Shown: one piece after another, positions 27,075 through 41,582 of the stretch
Position numbering within the stretch: position 1 is the first letter of the stretch
Layout of the letters: the number at the start of each line of letters is the position of its first letter
From: Eledone cirrhosa
Taxonomy: Eukaryota
Direction of reading: 5' to 3'
DNA: 64,000 bases
Assembly (NCBI GenBank): GCA_964016885.1
Contig: OZ024747.1
Span: forward strand, 58,652,001 to 58,716,000
Notes under the pieces: generated by a model
The model's input: only the letters and a program-made list of their open reading frames with translations
Database searches by the model: none
What the model was told of the DNA's origin: nothing
Position numbers and translations under genes: made by a program

Positions 27075-27319
27075 TTATATATATAAACAATTGTTTCTGA
27101 TCATAAACTGTACGATGAGCATGTTTTGTAGAGTCCAGTGTTGTGGAGTTGCATAATTGTTATCGTTTAGTTAATATATCGATAATTAGGATATTTCATC
27201 GTTTGAAACGATCGCAAAGCGATGGATTAATAAAACACTCCACCCAGTATTTTTCTGTTCATAGTTTAACATATATATATGACTTCGTAGTTCTTTTAAT
27301 ACTCAAAAACATATCGATA

Positions 27320-27540
27320 ATTGATCGACAAGTTCCCAGACGTCCTCAAATCGGACAGAGGAAGCATTGTTTCACTTGGTCTTTCCAATTGTTAATAGCG
27401 GTCGTAAATCCGGGCAGAAGGAGCCACGTGAAATAAAGTGTCTTGCTCAATGACATAAGGCATCGCTCGGTCCAGGAATTGAACTCACAACCTCACGATT
27501 GCGAATACCTTTCTCTAACCACTCAGCCACGAGGCTTCAC
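27320..27540 (-). mobile_element. CORE-type SINE
   Basis: Colinear with 8327-8548. Confidence 0.85.
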
Positions 27541-27741
27541 AACATACGTATAGTAAGTTACCATTCTTTCATTTGATTCAAAGAGATGTCCCTAGCCACA
27601 CTATATTGAGTCATAACTGGAGTTAGTTGAACTTCCCATTACAATTATGTTAAATATATATTGACTTTGACTGGGAAGTGTAGGAAATACAAGTATGTAT
27701 CAAGGTTAATAAAATAAAGTGCCTGTCTAGGACCGTGGTTG

Positions 27742-27743
<2 letters not shown>

Positions 27744-27813
<70 letters not shown>

Positions 27814-27826
27814 CCTCTCTCTCTCT
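27744..27826. repeat. (TC)n microsatellite
   Basis: Direct observation. Confidence 0.97.
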
Positions 27827-28374
27827 GGAGGAAATGAGCCCTGTTCAAACCTGGAGAAGAACTGGGCTCCGCCAGGTTTAAAATGTCCAAAATGGTGCCC
27901 CTGCATCTCCAGCAGTAGTTACGGTTCCACACACGCATTTTAAATATACTGAATATAATAAGCACAATAACGTCTGTGTGTACAACACAGTATTATAGAC
28001 GTGATACATAAAATAATGGACGAATGAAATTAATAAAAACAAAATAAATATTCATGTACTTTGTAAAGTAATAGTATAAATTTGATTTCTTTTGGTCTCT
28101 TTGGCAGAGAGAAGACATCGCTTGTGAGAAAACTCACATCTGTTTGTATACAGTCGAAATCCGAGAAAGGTGATTTAAGTGTTTGATAACAAATATTGTC
28201 CTATCCTATATCGTTTGCTCCTGTCTTTGATGACGAAACATTACTTTCTCTCTGTTTGAACACCCCGAACTTCCCACCATCACCACATATTGACCTGCTG
28301 CAATGATTTTCTTTTGATTTTTTTTTATACTAAAATCCCTCATCGTCTCTCTTTTGGCTTGATTTCTTTTCAGT

Positions 28375-29125
28375 TGGTATTGTGTAATGTTTGATTTGGT
28401 TTGATGTAGTATGGTGTAGTCTGGTGTAGTATGGTGCAGTATTTTGTATTATAGCGTAGAGTCTTGTAGTGTAGTGTGGTGTTGTTTGTGGTATGGTGTA
28501 GTGTGGTGTAATATGATGTAGTATGGTGCAGAATGTTGTAGTATGGCATAGGGATTTAGTGTGGTGGATTGTGGTTTGATTTGGTCTGATGTGGTTTAGT
28601 GTCGTGTAGTATGTTGAAGTATTTTGTAGTATGATGTTGTAGTGTGGTGTAGTATTGTGTAGTATGCTGAAGTATTTAGTAGTATGGCGTAGTGAATTAG
28701 TGTGGTGGGCTGTTGTTTGATTTGGGCTGGTGTGGTGTAGTATGGTGTGGTATGGTGTGTGTGGTGTAGTATGGTGAAATAAGGTGGTGCAGTATTTTGT
28801 AGTATGGCGTAGAGGGTTGTAGTGTGGTGTGATGTTGTTGAATTTGGTTTGATGTGGTGTGGTATAGTATGTTGTAGTATGGCGTAGATTTATGTAGTGC
28901 GGTGTAGTGTGACGTAATTTGGTGTAGTATGAACCAGTATTTTGTAGTAGGGAGTCGAGTGATGTAGTGTGGTGTGTGTTATGTTTGGTTTGGTTTGATG
29001 TGATATATTCTAGTATAATGTAGTATGGCGTGAAGTAGTGTGATGTAGTTTGGTGCATTATAATGCATTGCTGTGTGAAGGGATATGATAAAGCATTTGG
29101 GTGTGGTGCGGTGTGTTATGGTGGG
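28375..29125. repeat. Degenerate pentamer (GTGTA/GTGTG/GTATG) tract
   Basis: 5-bp periodicity. A similar tract lies at 45090-45350. Confidence 0.85.
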
Positions 29126-30024
29126 GATGAGATTGTGAAAGTGGTTGGGATGATTATGTACACAAGGCTCTCAGCGCGCAACCAACCGTTGCTATAACAA
29201 TGTAACAGAGAGGACTGAAACTGTTATAAGAGGCGAAGTAATTATAGCTGGAATTTACTGTTTCCAATGAAACCAAGTGAAGCAAATAGAAAATAAGAAC
29301 TGAAACAAGCGAAATAAGTAAACTAATAACCAAAGTAAAAAGAAATAAAATTAGCTGCGATGGCAATTTCAAGGACGGGATATTTAAACATGGCATTTGT
29401 TTACCATGTTTAAGACATTTATATTGCCGAAAAGGAAAATCTTCGAAATTTGATCCGAAAGCAAAGTTATAATTCCCAGGATGTGTTGTTCACTGGGATG
29501 GCGGTAGAGCAAGTCATCAGGTTTGTGCTGGACATGCGTCATCTCTGTGGTAGAGGATGTAGTTTTAGATAATGGTACTTTTAAAATTGTTGAACTGATT
29601 GGTGATGCTGGGTATGTTTATATATGCAGACTGTTGCCATCGAAACATTATTAATATGGCAAGATAGAACGCAGAATCTGGAGATTCTATCTCCTAGACA
29701 TTTTATTTATTGAATATTCTCGTCCGTTTTAACATTTCCGTTAGTCTGGTTCATTCTGAATTAAAAATTCTCGTACACAGAGATGGTAGTTGTAAATATA
29801 AAATAGGTTGAAGCTATTTCAAACTTGCTAGTACTATTGGTAAAGGAATAAATAACTAGCGATGGTGAATTAGTTCAGTCTGTGTCTCAAAGTAATAACG
29901 TAGATGGGAAGTGAGCAACACATAGTGTGGGTGTTTGATTTAACTGTCTGTGGCAAGATAAAATAGTGAATCAGTTCGAATTTTGGTTGGACAAATTTCA
30001 TATTATGTATGTTTATAGATGTAC

Positions 30025-30091
<67 letters not shown>

Positions 30092-30195
30092 CACATATAT
30101 ATGTATGTATATAAATATATATATATATATATATACATATATATATGTCTGTGAGCATGTATGTATGTATATACATATATAGATATATGTATAAA

Positions 30196-30230
<35 letters not shown>

Positions 30231-30280
30231 GTATTTATGTATATATATATATGAATATATAGATATATGTATGTATGTAT

Positions 30281-30573
<293 letters not shown>

Positions 30574-30928
30574 TTATAAATGGCGGAATCTACTTTGTAT
30601 TGGTGAGGTGAGCAGTGTTAGTAATTTAATTATTAGTTGCTTCTTATTACTGAAACGTGTGTACAAACATAAGAAAGATATTAAAGTTCTAATAGTGTTT
30701 GTTCATTCTATCTTCCTTTTCACTTGATGTACTTTGGTCAGTGGTATGTTTCTGTTTGTTTTCTATTCATTAGTGTAATTCACTGTAGGCACAACTCATC
30801 CGGTCTTTGCCTATATCTGACTTGTTGCGTCTCAATGTGCTCAGAAAGGAACAGTTAATCACTTTTCATATGTTGATTTAAAACTGCACTATTCACAAGT
30901 GTTTTTTAACCTTCATATCATGTCTCCC

Positions 30929-30999
30929 TATTTTATCTGACGAAAACGCAAATGTTATTGCATGATGATATTTGTTTTTGAAATGCGCATAATAAAATA
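30929..30999 (+). ncRNA. Minimal type I hammerhead ribozyme, intact core
   Basis: TATTTTAT-CTGACGA-16-position stem II (1 mismatch, several G-U, loop GCAT)-GAAA-TGCGCA-TA-ATAAAATA. Perfect 8-bp stem I and palindrome ATGCGCAT. The element continues to (TA)n at ~31127. Confidence 0.85.
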
Positions 31000-31146
31000 C
31001 ATTGAACTCTTTTAACCATCTTTTGATCTTATATATTATTTATAGTCCAGTCCTACAAACTGTAGAGTGCTACTTATCCGATATCTGCATTGCTTTATTG
31101 TACTACAATAAAACTCACCTCCTACATTATATATATATATATATAA

Positions 31147-31369
31147 ATTATAACGAAAACGAAAAATAAGTGATGCATCTGGACTTAGTTTATTTCGTGT
31201 TACAAATGTTTCGTCGGCATGTAGCTCGAGTCATGGTCCTTGTATGGATCTGGCTGATTCTACTGCGGGTTCTTTTTTCGTTTTCTTTATAATATCTACA
31301 CTCTATTCTGAGGAATATCGCGTGCTAATTTTAGCATACCGCCTATGGAAGCACCATAGCTACCACTAT

Positions 31370-31370
<1 letters not shown>
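31147..31370 (+). mobile_element. Small PLE-type fold-back remnant with degenerate hammerhead on the minus arm
   Basis: attataacgaaaacgaaaaa is inverted relative to tttttcgttttctttataat. The minus strand has GCCGAC-GAAA-C attt G-TA-ACAC-gAAATAAA. Flanked by TA repeats. Confidence 0.5.
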
Positions 31371-31427
<57 letters not shown>

Positions 31428-31949
31428 TAGTTCTGAATATCCCCACCCCGTATTGGATAGCTAGATAGACAGACACAGATATCCATATATACATATGTTT
31501 GTATAATTGTATATATACATATATACCCTCTCACATGCACACAGATGCCGCATGGCATCACGTCCCGATCACTATCAATTACACGCGTCAGCCACAGTGG
31601 ACCAGTATTTATTAATTGAACAAGAAACGTGCAAAGGCAAATATGCGCTTGACAGGATTTGAACTCAGAACCACAAAGCCGGAATAGATGCGGCAATGAG
31701 TAGTGTCAATGCGATGAATTAGCAACATCAAACAAAGCCTTTTATTTTCTCCTCCTTTCCAGCAGTATCAGAGGCCTTGAAAAAAAAAAAAAACATGTGT
31801 GCAGCTCTTCCATCTTTGGCTGGAAATGAAAACTGAGAAAAAATATTGATTCCGTGTCTAATTGTATGGAACCAATATTTTAGATTTTACTGGGAGTATT
31901 GTTGTAGAATATGAGTTAAATTCTTGAAAAAACATTTGTAACAAAACAA

Positions 31950-32245
31950 ACATGGTCGAAATCGAGTTTCCTACGTGACTATATAACGTACATTAAGACT
32001 GGAGATAATCATGAGTATTGCGCATTTTCTGATAAGATATAATCATGCTGTGTTCAATGAAATGGAAATCAATATATTTATTATGGCAGCACGGTGGTTT
32101 CGAACCTTGATCGAAACACATTTTGCTACGTGACTATGTAATTTAGCCCATTAATACTCTTGGGATATTCATGTGTGTCGCACCATTTTTTCTGATAAGG
32201 TAAACCCCCCTGCTGTGTCCAATCAAATAGAAACCAATCTATTTG
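31950..32245. repeat. Old tandem duplication, ~155-bp unit, 2 copies
   Basis: ctacgtgactat..ttttctgataag..tgctgtgt.caat.aaat.gaaa.caat.tatt occurs twice. Confidence 0.7.
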
Positions 32246-32363
32246 TTAAACCATCTAACACCACGTTTCAACATTAACACGTTTGTGGTGAAATAACAGT
32301 CGCGTTTACAACATATAATTTCCTCTTTCTCTCTCACTTTCTCTCACTCTCACACGCACACTC

Positions 32364-32405
<42 letters not shown>

Positions 32406-33150
32406 GATCTATCTCTCTATCTATCCATCAATCCATCTATCCATCTATCTATCTATCTCCAACTAAACTATATGCAATACTTTGTGCCCTTTTTTAAAGT
32501 GCATGAAAATCAATAATTTATATAGTGTAGATAGAGTGAACCGTTCTTTTCAAAGATGATATCACGCTTTCATAAATACGTCTCTCGTCGTTCCGCACAA
32601 TATTTCCGAGTCGTTTTGACAACTTCAATTGTTTTTATCAGATATACATGGTTGACCGCTGTGTATATATGGTCGGCGTTATCATCTTCACTTCACTTCC
32701 TCCTCCGAAAGCATGCTTCTCTCACACTACAATATCTTTCATGCTATCCATGTAAGATTACCACGGATATTTTGTTCCCTTTTATTGTACAGATCTGGCT
32801 GCCTGTAGTTTTATTTCCTGCATTAAACTAGCAAGGAACGGAATGATGATTGCGGTGGTGGTAGTGGTGGTGGTTGTGGTGGTGGTACGTGGTGGCGTTG
32901 ATGTTGTTAGTGCTGGTGGAGGTGGTGGAGATAATGGTGGTGATGGAATAACCATTTTATATTGTTGTGTGTCCATATTTCCGCACGAAATATATTAATA
33001 GTACGCATACTCGCACACGCGCACACGCACAAACAAAGGCACCGATATATACATACATATATATATATATATATCATATACATGTATATCATATACATGT
33101 ATATCATATACATGTATATCATATGCATATATATTATATATATATATTAC

Positions 33151-33203
<53 letters not shown>

Positions 33204-33985
33204 TATACATACATATATATTATATACATATATATATATAAGTATATATATATGTATATAATATATATATATATACTTATATATATATATGTATACATAT
33301 ATATCATATATATATAGAGAGAGAGAGAGAGGCATAGAGATTAAACGAACGAGCTAGTTAGTTACAAGCATACAGACATATTCATATATATTTACATGCG
33401 TATATATACACATATATATATATATATCAGAGTTGTCTTTCTTAGTTGTGTTGTTCTGTAACTATAGAAATGGATACAATTACATCGGGTCTGCGACTAT
33501 ATCCTTTTTCAGGTTTGCTCTTTTAAACATCGATTGTTCAATCTCTTTGACCTTAGAACGATCACGACCATCATAAACCAGACTTCTCCAATCAGATTTA
33601 GTCTCTGCCTCGTCTTGCTAATTTTGAACACTAACACTAAGTGGTTTTAGGTTGCCTTTGAAAAACATCCAGGAGATGTCACACATACACACACATACAC
33701 ACGAACTTACACACACAGAGAAAATACTCACAGCTATACATATATTCTCAGGAAAATGGAAAAACTCGGTGTATGGAAGCTGTTAAAAAACAGCAAAATA
33801 CCGTCGAAGCGGCGTTGGGTAAAATATCACCTGGAACGACAGAGATCAGCGACTCGATGTGAGTTGACTAAAAGAAAAGAAGAGAAGATAGGAAGGAAGA
33901 AATAGAATGAATAAATGAGGAGAGGTCACAAACATTAAAATTAAAATACGCTCTCCAGACCTCAACCGATTTTCTAATCAATTTG

Positions 33986-34027
<42 letters not shown>

Positions 34028-34231
34028 CAGAAAATACACACAGTTACGTAAAACTTATAGACAGCTGCTTCTTTCGTGCCTATGTGTGATATTGGTATAT
34101 ATTGGACTGCAGCTTGGACAAGTCCCACGGGATGATGCATATGAGACAACACAACAACACTGTCACAGGGAACAGACAAGATAGGAGTATCTTTTGACTA
34201 GGACAACAATGCCAGTACATAACAAAATAAT

Positions 34232-34412
34232 TATTTCTACTTTTGGAACAAGACCAGCAATTACACCAGTGCATTACTGGTACTTTATTTTATCGACCCC
34301 GTAAGGATGAAAGGCAAAGTTAACCCTGGCGGGATTTAAACTCAGATCATAAAGGGCCGTAACTCTTTGCTGCAAAGCATGGCGTCCGACCCTCTACCGA
34401 TACTGCCAATCC
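34232..34412 (-). mobile_element. SINE family M with 12-bp TSD
   Basis: TSD taacaaaataat at 34220-34231 and 34413-34424. Confidence 0.9.
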
Positions 34413-36047
34413 TAACAAAATAATAATAAATCGTCTGACTACTGGAAACAACAAATAATAACGACGGCATGATCGAAATATAAGTAGACATCCGTGAAAA
34501 GAGATAGTCACTGTGTGTTTGATTGACAGAGAGAGCGAGGACAAGAGAGAGATGAGGTGGGAGGGAGGGAGAGAAAGAAAGAGAGAGAAGGAATTGTCTC
34601 ATTGATAAGTAAACAGTTAATCTAAGAAGGAGCACGATATGTTAGGGTAAGATGAACGAACGTTGGATTGTACTGTTGGCCATCATGCCCATCAGACACC
34701 GATTGCAGCCTGTAATTATAAATACATCAAGCAAGTTGACGGAGGCAACTACATTCCTTAAAATTAAGTTGTGGTACAAGTAAACAATTTTATTGGTGAA
34801 AGTCCAATCCGACACTTGCTATAATACCGCTACCTTTTCTAACATGTCTAAGTAGACTTAATCTCTGTAGTATGTATTAGAACTAAATACCAGAAACCAT
34901 TTCCCACCCACAAATCTATGAGGCCCTTTAATATGTTATGGGTGCTGTCACACTCTCCCTGACTTAAATAACAATATAATGCAGACTGAATGGTTGATAA
35001 AGAGACTGGATTGAAATGTTAGACATCTATTTTCCACGTGACCCAGTCACATCTATAATTTCGTTCATTTTACTCACAAATCTTTGTCAAAGTCGTCTCC
35101 ACCATTTGACTCCGCCCAGTTGCTTGTGATCATATTTTATAATCAATAAATGTTCTTCTTGTTTGATTTTCTTTGGGTTTTTGTCAAGAAAACGGAAGAT
35201 GAAAAACAACAAACGCACGAAAAATATAAACGTTACTATTTGGTTTTGGTTTTTAAATTTAGTATTGTAATTTATGAAGATCGCTTCATTGAAAGAGGCT
35301 AAATTACACACGCAAGAAAGATAAGATGAATGTCTTCTAGATTATTTCCTCCTTTATCTCTAATCATCTTTTCTCGTTCGGTAATAATATGCTAAGATTG
35401 ATAGGTTTAGACAGATTTAGGTTAGGAAAAGAATTAGTATCACGTAAAGCAAATAACTCTATTAACCCTCTAAGAGTGGATATAGAGGCGGCGGCTTCTC
35501 ACGCAAATGAGAAAACAAAGTAGAATAGGAAATATAGGAAGCAGGAAACAATATCCGATTGTCGTATCTATATTTAGCTTCAGCTAAAGCTTAGAATTGT
35601 TTCAATATTACACTTGCTTTACATGAAACTGGTTTATCCACCACGCTTCTTGTTACAATGTATTGTTTCTTAAAATAAAACGCTTGTCTATAATACGGGA
35701 AATTACGTTTATATGCCACAACCGATATTTCTATTATGATAAGATTGAATGGCATATTTACTACGATTTGTTTTAACTTACTGAGTTTAAAGATTACAGT
35801 ATGGAAGATCTGAAACAGTCATTTAAATCGTTATAGTTGTATTCTCTGATTTTCTATGAAAACTTATATCGTGTAGAGAGAAACAATATTAAATACAGAT
35901 AAATATAACAAACATTGTTTTATAAAATGTTTAAATGACATTATATTTTATTATATGAATAAAATCGACAATCTGTAGAGTTACACTCTGAATAGGGAAA
36001 TATTGATTTGTCAAATATATATATGTCTGTCTGTATGTATGTATGTC

Positions 36048-36605
36048 TCATGGTCAGGTCGTTGGCGACTAAACTGGCAACCCCACCAAGGTTTCTTGGT
36101 GAGGTGGGTGACTTTGGACATCCTGCAGGACTAAAAACAAAACCTGTCAAAGGGCAAAGGAGCTCTTAAGAGTCAATGGCCATCCAAAATCACCGGGAGA
36201 GATGACCCCTTAGCCTTTGTCAAGGCAGAATTCTAGGAGAAGGAAAACTCTGATATAACACCTGCAACCCTGGTGGTATCCAATGATGTTGACTTGTTCT
36301 TCTTTTTGGTAAATATCATCTTGGTTAAGAGAGTGGGACTGGCTTTGTGCAGTGCCTTTCCTCACTATAAAAGCTTCACGGCACAGGCATTGCTTTATAT
36401 CTGGAGATCTCTCTGCCCTTGTCATCACATGGTACCATGAGCCCAGCACTATGTGTCAATAATTGTCACAAGTGTAGTGTTTGTACCAGAGTTTTCAAGT
36501 TGCTGGCTGGACTAAAAAGTCACACTCGTCAGCGCATCGGTAGGGGTTCTCCTACATGAATATAAAGTAATGGCCGTACTCGAAAACGAGTTGGCAGCCA
36601 CCATA
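36048..36605 (+). mobile_element. Short non-autonomous RTE-type derivative (5' UTR joined to 3' end)
   Basis: The 5' part shares tagcctttgtca.ggc..attctaggagaagg.aa..aaa.cttcacg(g)cacaggc with 55503-55690. The 3' part encodes C..VC..FKLLAGLKSH.R and ends gcagccaccatatatg like 55019-55375. Confidence 0.65.
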
Positions 36606-36739
36606 TATGTATATAGGGAGGTGATATGGTTTCAAATACAAATAGAAACTGTTAAATTCACTTCAGTCGTTTGAGTAGGAGGAAAGCCATAAAAAAAAGC
36701 AGACAAAACAAATGTCTACGATTAAGGCGTATTGACCGG

Positions 36740-36825
36740 TTGGGTCACACACTGGGGTCACCCGGTTCGATCACCCGGTGAGGTCACCCGATGGGGTCAC
36801 CTGGTGCCGTCACATGGTGGGGTCT
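36740..36825. repeat. 13-bp minisatellite (ggggtcacccggt-like), about 6 copies
   Basis: tcac recurs every 13 nt. Confidence 0.75.
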
Positions 36826-37158
36826 CGCTTATTCTACATGGACACAGGCTGCGACCTGAAACGTCTCAATCAGGTTACCCAAATGACGAAGTATACTGAA
36901 AAACCTGAAACGTGTTGTTTGTCCTGAATATAACACTAATGTGCATATGTACATGTTTCTTTGGATGTGTGAAGAAGTTTCGTGTCAGAATAGTCGTTGC
37001 TCTGGTGCCCTTATACAGCTTATATCAGATTAAATTAGAAAAGAACGATCCCCATTTGACTCTACGTATATTCAATATTTGCACTAAGACTAGACATCAT
37101 AAATATCGACACACAGACGGTGATAATGATGACGACAATGATGAAGATGATGATGATG

Positions 37159-37267
<109 letters not shown>

Positions 37268-38186
37268 CGCGTGTGTAGGTCTATTAGATCAAGACAGAAA
37301 TGTATTACGTAGGCGTAAGCATTAGTTAGGTATACATTTAAAAAAATGACAGAAAGACAATTAAGGAAGCTACATTGAGATGATACGTATAGACAACATT
37401 TAAACGAAAGATAACATAGATATATAGCCCAGCATTCAACTGTAAGTAATGCCAAGTCACATGGTGACTATGTTACAAAATCGATGCTAATATATAAAAG
37501 TTAACTGAAATGTATAATGAATGATGTATTGAGACTATTACTGAGTTAATAGTAGTCAGTAAATAGAACCATTAGGCGATGTGAAAGAAAAATTGTAATG
37601 AATATTGATATAAAGGAACGAGCAACAATTAAGTGAGGCATCTAAATGTGACAAAGATTGTTAAAGTAGAGATCACAAGAAGTTGGTTTATTATATAAAT
37701 ATTCATTGTGAAATGACTACAGAGATGATTAGTGATGTAATTTCAAGCAATTTGAAAATCGGTAAATCATCTGATGAATGGAGATGATGTGGGTATTTGG
37801 AGTTCATTTTGTGTTTAGAATTATAGTAACTGTAGCTGTATATTTCTATACAGGAAACTGGACGTCTAAGTAATTTAAGGCAATTTGAGAATAGGTAAAT
37901 CATTTGAGATATCGGAGTGTTCAGTGTCCATTTTCTGTTTATAATCCCAGTAACACTAGCTGGATATTTCTATGTGGGGAAAATCGACGTTAATATCACG
38001 TATGTACAATTATGTATATGGATAGTTGTTTTTTCTAAATAATTGTAAAATGTAGATTACAAAATAATGTGAGCGAGGAACCGAAAACAACCAGACCATA
38101 ATTGTTCAATAATCAAATGGTAAATATGGCCAGAGACAGTGTATAAGAATTTAGATCCCTAGAACTACGTGGAACTCTTTCTCGTA

Positions 38187-38232
<46 letters not shown>

Positions 38233-38639
38233 ATTTGGCTAAACTTATATTCGTTTATGCTAGAGAATTATAAGGTTTCGCATATATGTATCTTAGAATA
38301 TTGTTTTATATCAGTTAAATATTGGGTTGTGAAGTATGAAATTTGTAGAAGTTTGTGAGAGAAAAATAAATTTCTACAAATTCCATACCTGACGACCCAA
38401 TACATGTGTTGCTAATCAGCCAATTTCGCTATATGAATGTTTTGGTTGATGTAACTTTTTCTGATACATATAGGAGAAGCATATAATCGAATGAATGAGC
38501 TCTACTGTATTGTAGAATTTATTCTGTGGTTTTCTTTTATGTAGATAGATTATCCCTTAATAGTCATAATCAAAGGCGTTTGTATATGAATTGCACGTTT
38601 ATGCATATATTTTAATTTGAATGTTACTTGATTGTTTAC

Positions 38640-38862
38640 CCCTTTAGCATTTAAACCGGCCGTTTCTGGGCAGAATTCTCTCACCTTTCTCTGTTCAAAC
38701 TGGCGATTACTGGTCGCTCATACTAACGTTAATGTATTGTTCTCAAAATAAACAACATCAAAATCTCATAGATTCGATATCATGAGATAATTATGTAAGA
38801 TAAAGAAAGCCTTTACCACAAAAATACGATAGTAAAAATAGAGTATTGTAAATGCTAAAGGG
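38640..38862. mobile_element. piggyBac-type MITE
   Basis: TIRs ccctttagcattta / taaatgctaaaggg. TTAA on the right and TTAC on the left. Confidence 0.8.
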
Positions 38863-39168
38863 TTAAATGAATCCAAATTACGCACAAAGATAATTCTCTG
38901 GAATTTAAGCATTTTTTCCTATTATTACAGATCGAATAAATATTGATTTCTAATTTAGACATATAGTGAGTAAACATTGAAAAAGTGAACAATTGAACAA
39001 TCTATTCTTAGGTTCGTATTTATTTTATTGAGCTTGGAGTATTAAAGGCAATGTCGCCCTCCACAGGATTTGAAATGATAATATTTATGATCAGAACAAA
39101 GACCGTAATTTTCTCCAACGCTCCATCACAGCCTGATTATTATATCCACAAGTACGATATAAAATAAT

Positions 39169-39388
39169 GGTTTCTACTATTGGCACAAGGCCAATAATTA
39201 GGGAGGCAGAGTAAGTCGATTATATCGACGTCAGTGCATTACTGGTACTCTATTTTAACGACACCGTAAGAAGGAAAGGTAAAACTAACCTTGGTAGGGT
39301 TTGAACACAAAAGGTAAAGGGTCGTAAGTCTACGCTATTAATACAAAGCATGCTGTCCGACGCTCTACCGATACAGCCAATCCACCAC
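39169..39388 (-). mobile_element. SINE family M, older long form
   Basis: Full head-core-tail with the extra gtcgattatatcgac segment. Confidence 0.85.
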
Positions 39389-41452
39389 ATAGTTCTCCAA
39401 AATAAGACAAACTGCACTTCGAACTAGGGGGAGATAATGGAAATTCTCTAGTTATTTCCGTGCTTCGTCTGATTTATTTTAACTTGGAGGTAAGGGGCTA
39501 TAGAAGCATAGATCAGTTTGCTGAATGTGTAGCAATCGTGAGGTTTTATGAGGGGTATGATATTTTAAAGTGATATCTGTCTCTGATGAAGATATTTCAT
39601 ATTCAAAGTCCAATGTTTTGTGATATTATACTGATGCCAGAGACACGAAGTCCCGGATTCGACGTCACTGCATGGCGCCTTGGGCACGTATTTTAAATAG
39701 AGCTCAAGTACGACCTAAGACGAAATTAAGTAAAGAAAAACTTTGTTGAGGCTTGACGGATATATTACACTTGCTATTCAAATGTCCAGATTTGTCAGAT
39801 ATTTCGCCACGATGAGTCTCCCTTAGAATATTCATTGAAGGTACACGTGTCTGTGGAATATTTAACCAGACACAAGTTTATTCAAGTGTTGGATGTCCTG
39901 TTGATCATTATTTAAATCGACACCAGATCTATGAAACCTTTATATACCTGTACAGTTGTATAACAACATTGTACAACCATTGGCAACAGTTTCAATGATT
40001 TCTAAAGTTAGGTTTTAATCTTATTGTTGTATAAAATAATACAATACCAGGCCCTAATACTAGTTACTTGATATCTTAGGTCTAATAGTAGCCGGATGAT
40101 ACAACTGAACTACAAAGCTGACCCAAAACTGGTACAGAATTCAGTTTATAAACATAAAGTGTGTAATCAATTCCTAAATCCTCTTATACCAAAATTATTC
40201 ATTTTATTATTACATTTTAAACAGAGATTTGAATGATTGGTTCTCACTCTGATGTAAAATGGCGGTGGTGTACTTTTAAACAACAATATATACATTAAAA
40301 TACTGTATCGCACAGCAGATAATCCAATTCTCTCCTCTCACTGCCAACAAATATATTTACTAATTCCTATGTACTTATTCCCATCACGTTTCTTCAATTT
40401 TCTATTTATCTCACTTAGTTTCTCACTAACTCACACCAGGCGCATACACACACATTTACACATACATACGCACACACACACATAAAAACGCTCACACACA
40501 CACATACTCAAGCACACACACACATACACAAGAACCTACACTCATGCTTTCACACTCTTATTTTCACTCATACATACAGACAAATGTACATATACTGTAC
40601 CGTTCTTTCACACCATCTAATACAACCTGTGTCTCTCTCGGTATTCTTGTACTTATGTTTCTATTTATAGTTTTCCAATAAAGATAAACCGATCTACAAC
40701 TAAGTACTAAAGTCCCTTCATTGAAATTCTAAGCAAAGAATTCTTACTCAGGTCCCCAGCTGAGTTTTAGAAAAATCCTGGCAGCTTACAATCAGTAAAT
40801 GCATAATTCCCGTTTATTGTGTTATTGCCAGAAAACTCCCAACGTTTCAATGTGTATCTTTAGACAATTGGCAATGTAAACTTGTGTACAATAATTACAG
40901 GTTCAAATTCCAACGCAAAATTTGATTCAGCCATGTTGTACAGCATCATCGCATGTTTAGTCATAGAATCGACCTATAATTTACTGTCATTTCTGAAAGT
41001 TTTGTTCGAGTATTGACAAGATGCTTCTATAAAAGGGTCAAGATCCTGTTACAATATTCAATTATTCGCTGCAGCTCTCATACCTTCCCATAAAAACAAC
41101 TTTTCCTAGTTCTTAGAAGCTTTTACTGTTGACATTATACCATTTTATTAACGTAGTTGGTGCAATCAATAATTCTGTTTGCTTATTCAACCAGATTATA
41201 GCTGAAGCAATTCTATTTCTTCCACGATTTACAATAACATTTACTGTTTTCAATTTTATATATTCCCTCCATTCTTTCTCATATGATAAACACACAGATA
41301 ACCTTGCTTTACGTTGTTTCAGCATTTTCTGTAACGGATTTTCCCAATTTTGTGGCTGTATTTTATACTCTCTGGATTATTAAGAAATTGAAATTCATTC
41401 TTTCGATTCTCTAGCCAAGATACATTGTTTCAATAATATCTATGCGAATATT

Positions 41453-41582
41453 ACCGAGGTTAGCTTTCCTGTTCATCCTTACCAGGTTGATAAAATAAAG
41501 AACCAGTACCGCTCTAGGGTCAATGTAATCGATTTTCTCTTCCCTCCAAATAGTTGGCCTTGTGCCTAAATCAGAAACCATT
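41453..41582 (+). mobile_element. SINE family M fragment, older form
   Basis: ccgaggttagcttt..ttcatcctt..gataaaataa..ggccttgtgcctaaatcagaaac. Confidence 0.8.

Noticed and set aside
28330-29058. 242-aa His/Thr/Tyr-rich ORF
   Set aside because: Translation of a degenerate pentamer repeat.
40800-41330. Possible decayed L1/Tx1 ORF2 on the minus strand (also 19848-20108 on the plus strand)
   Set aside because: Only vague resemblance with multiple stops. No motif could be anchored without a profile search.
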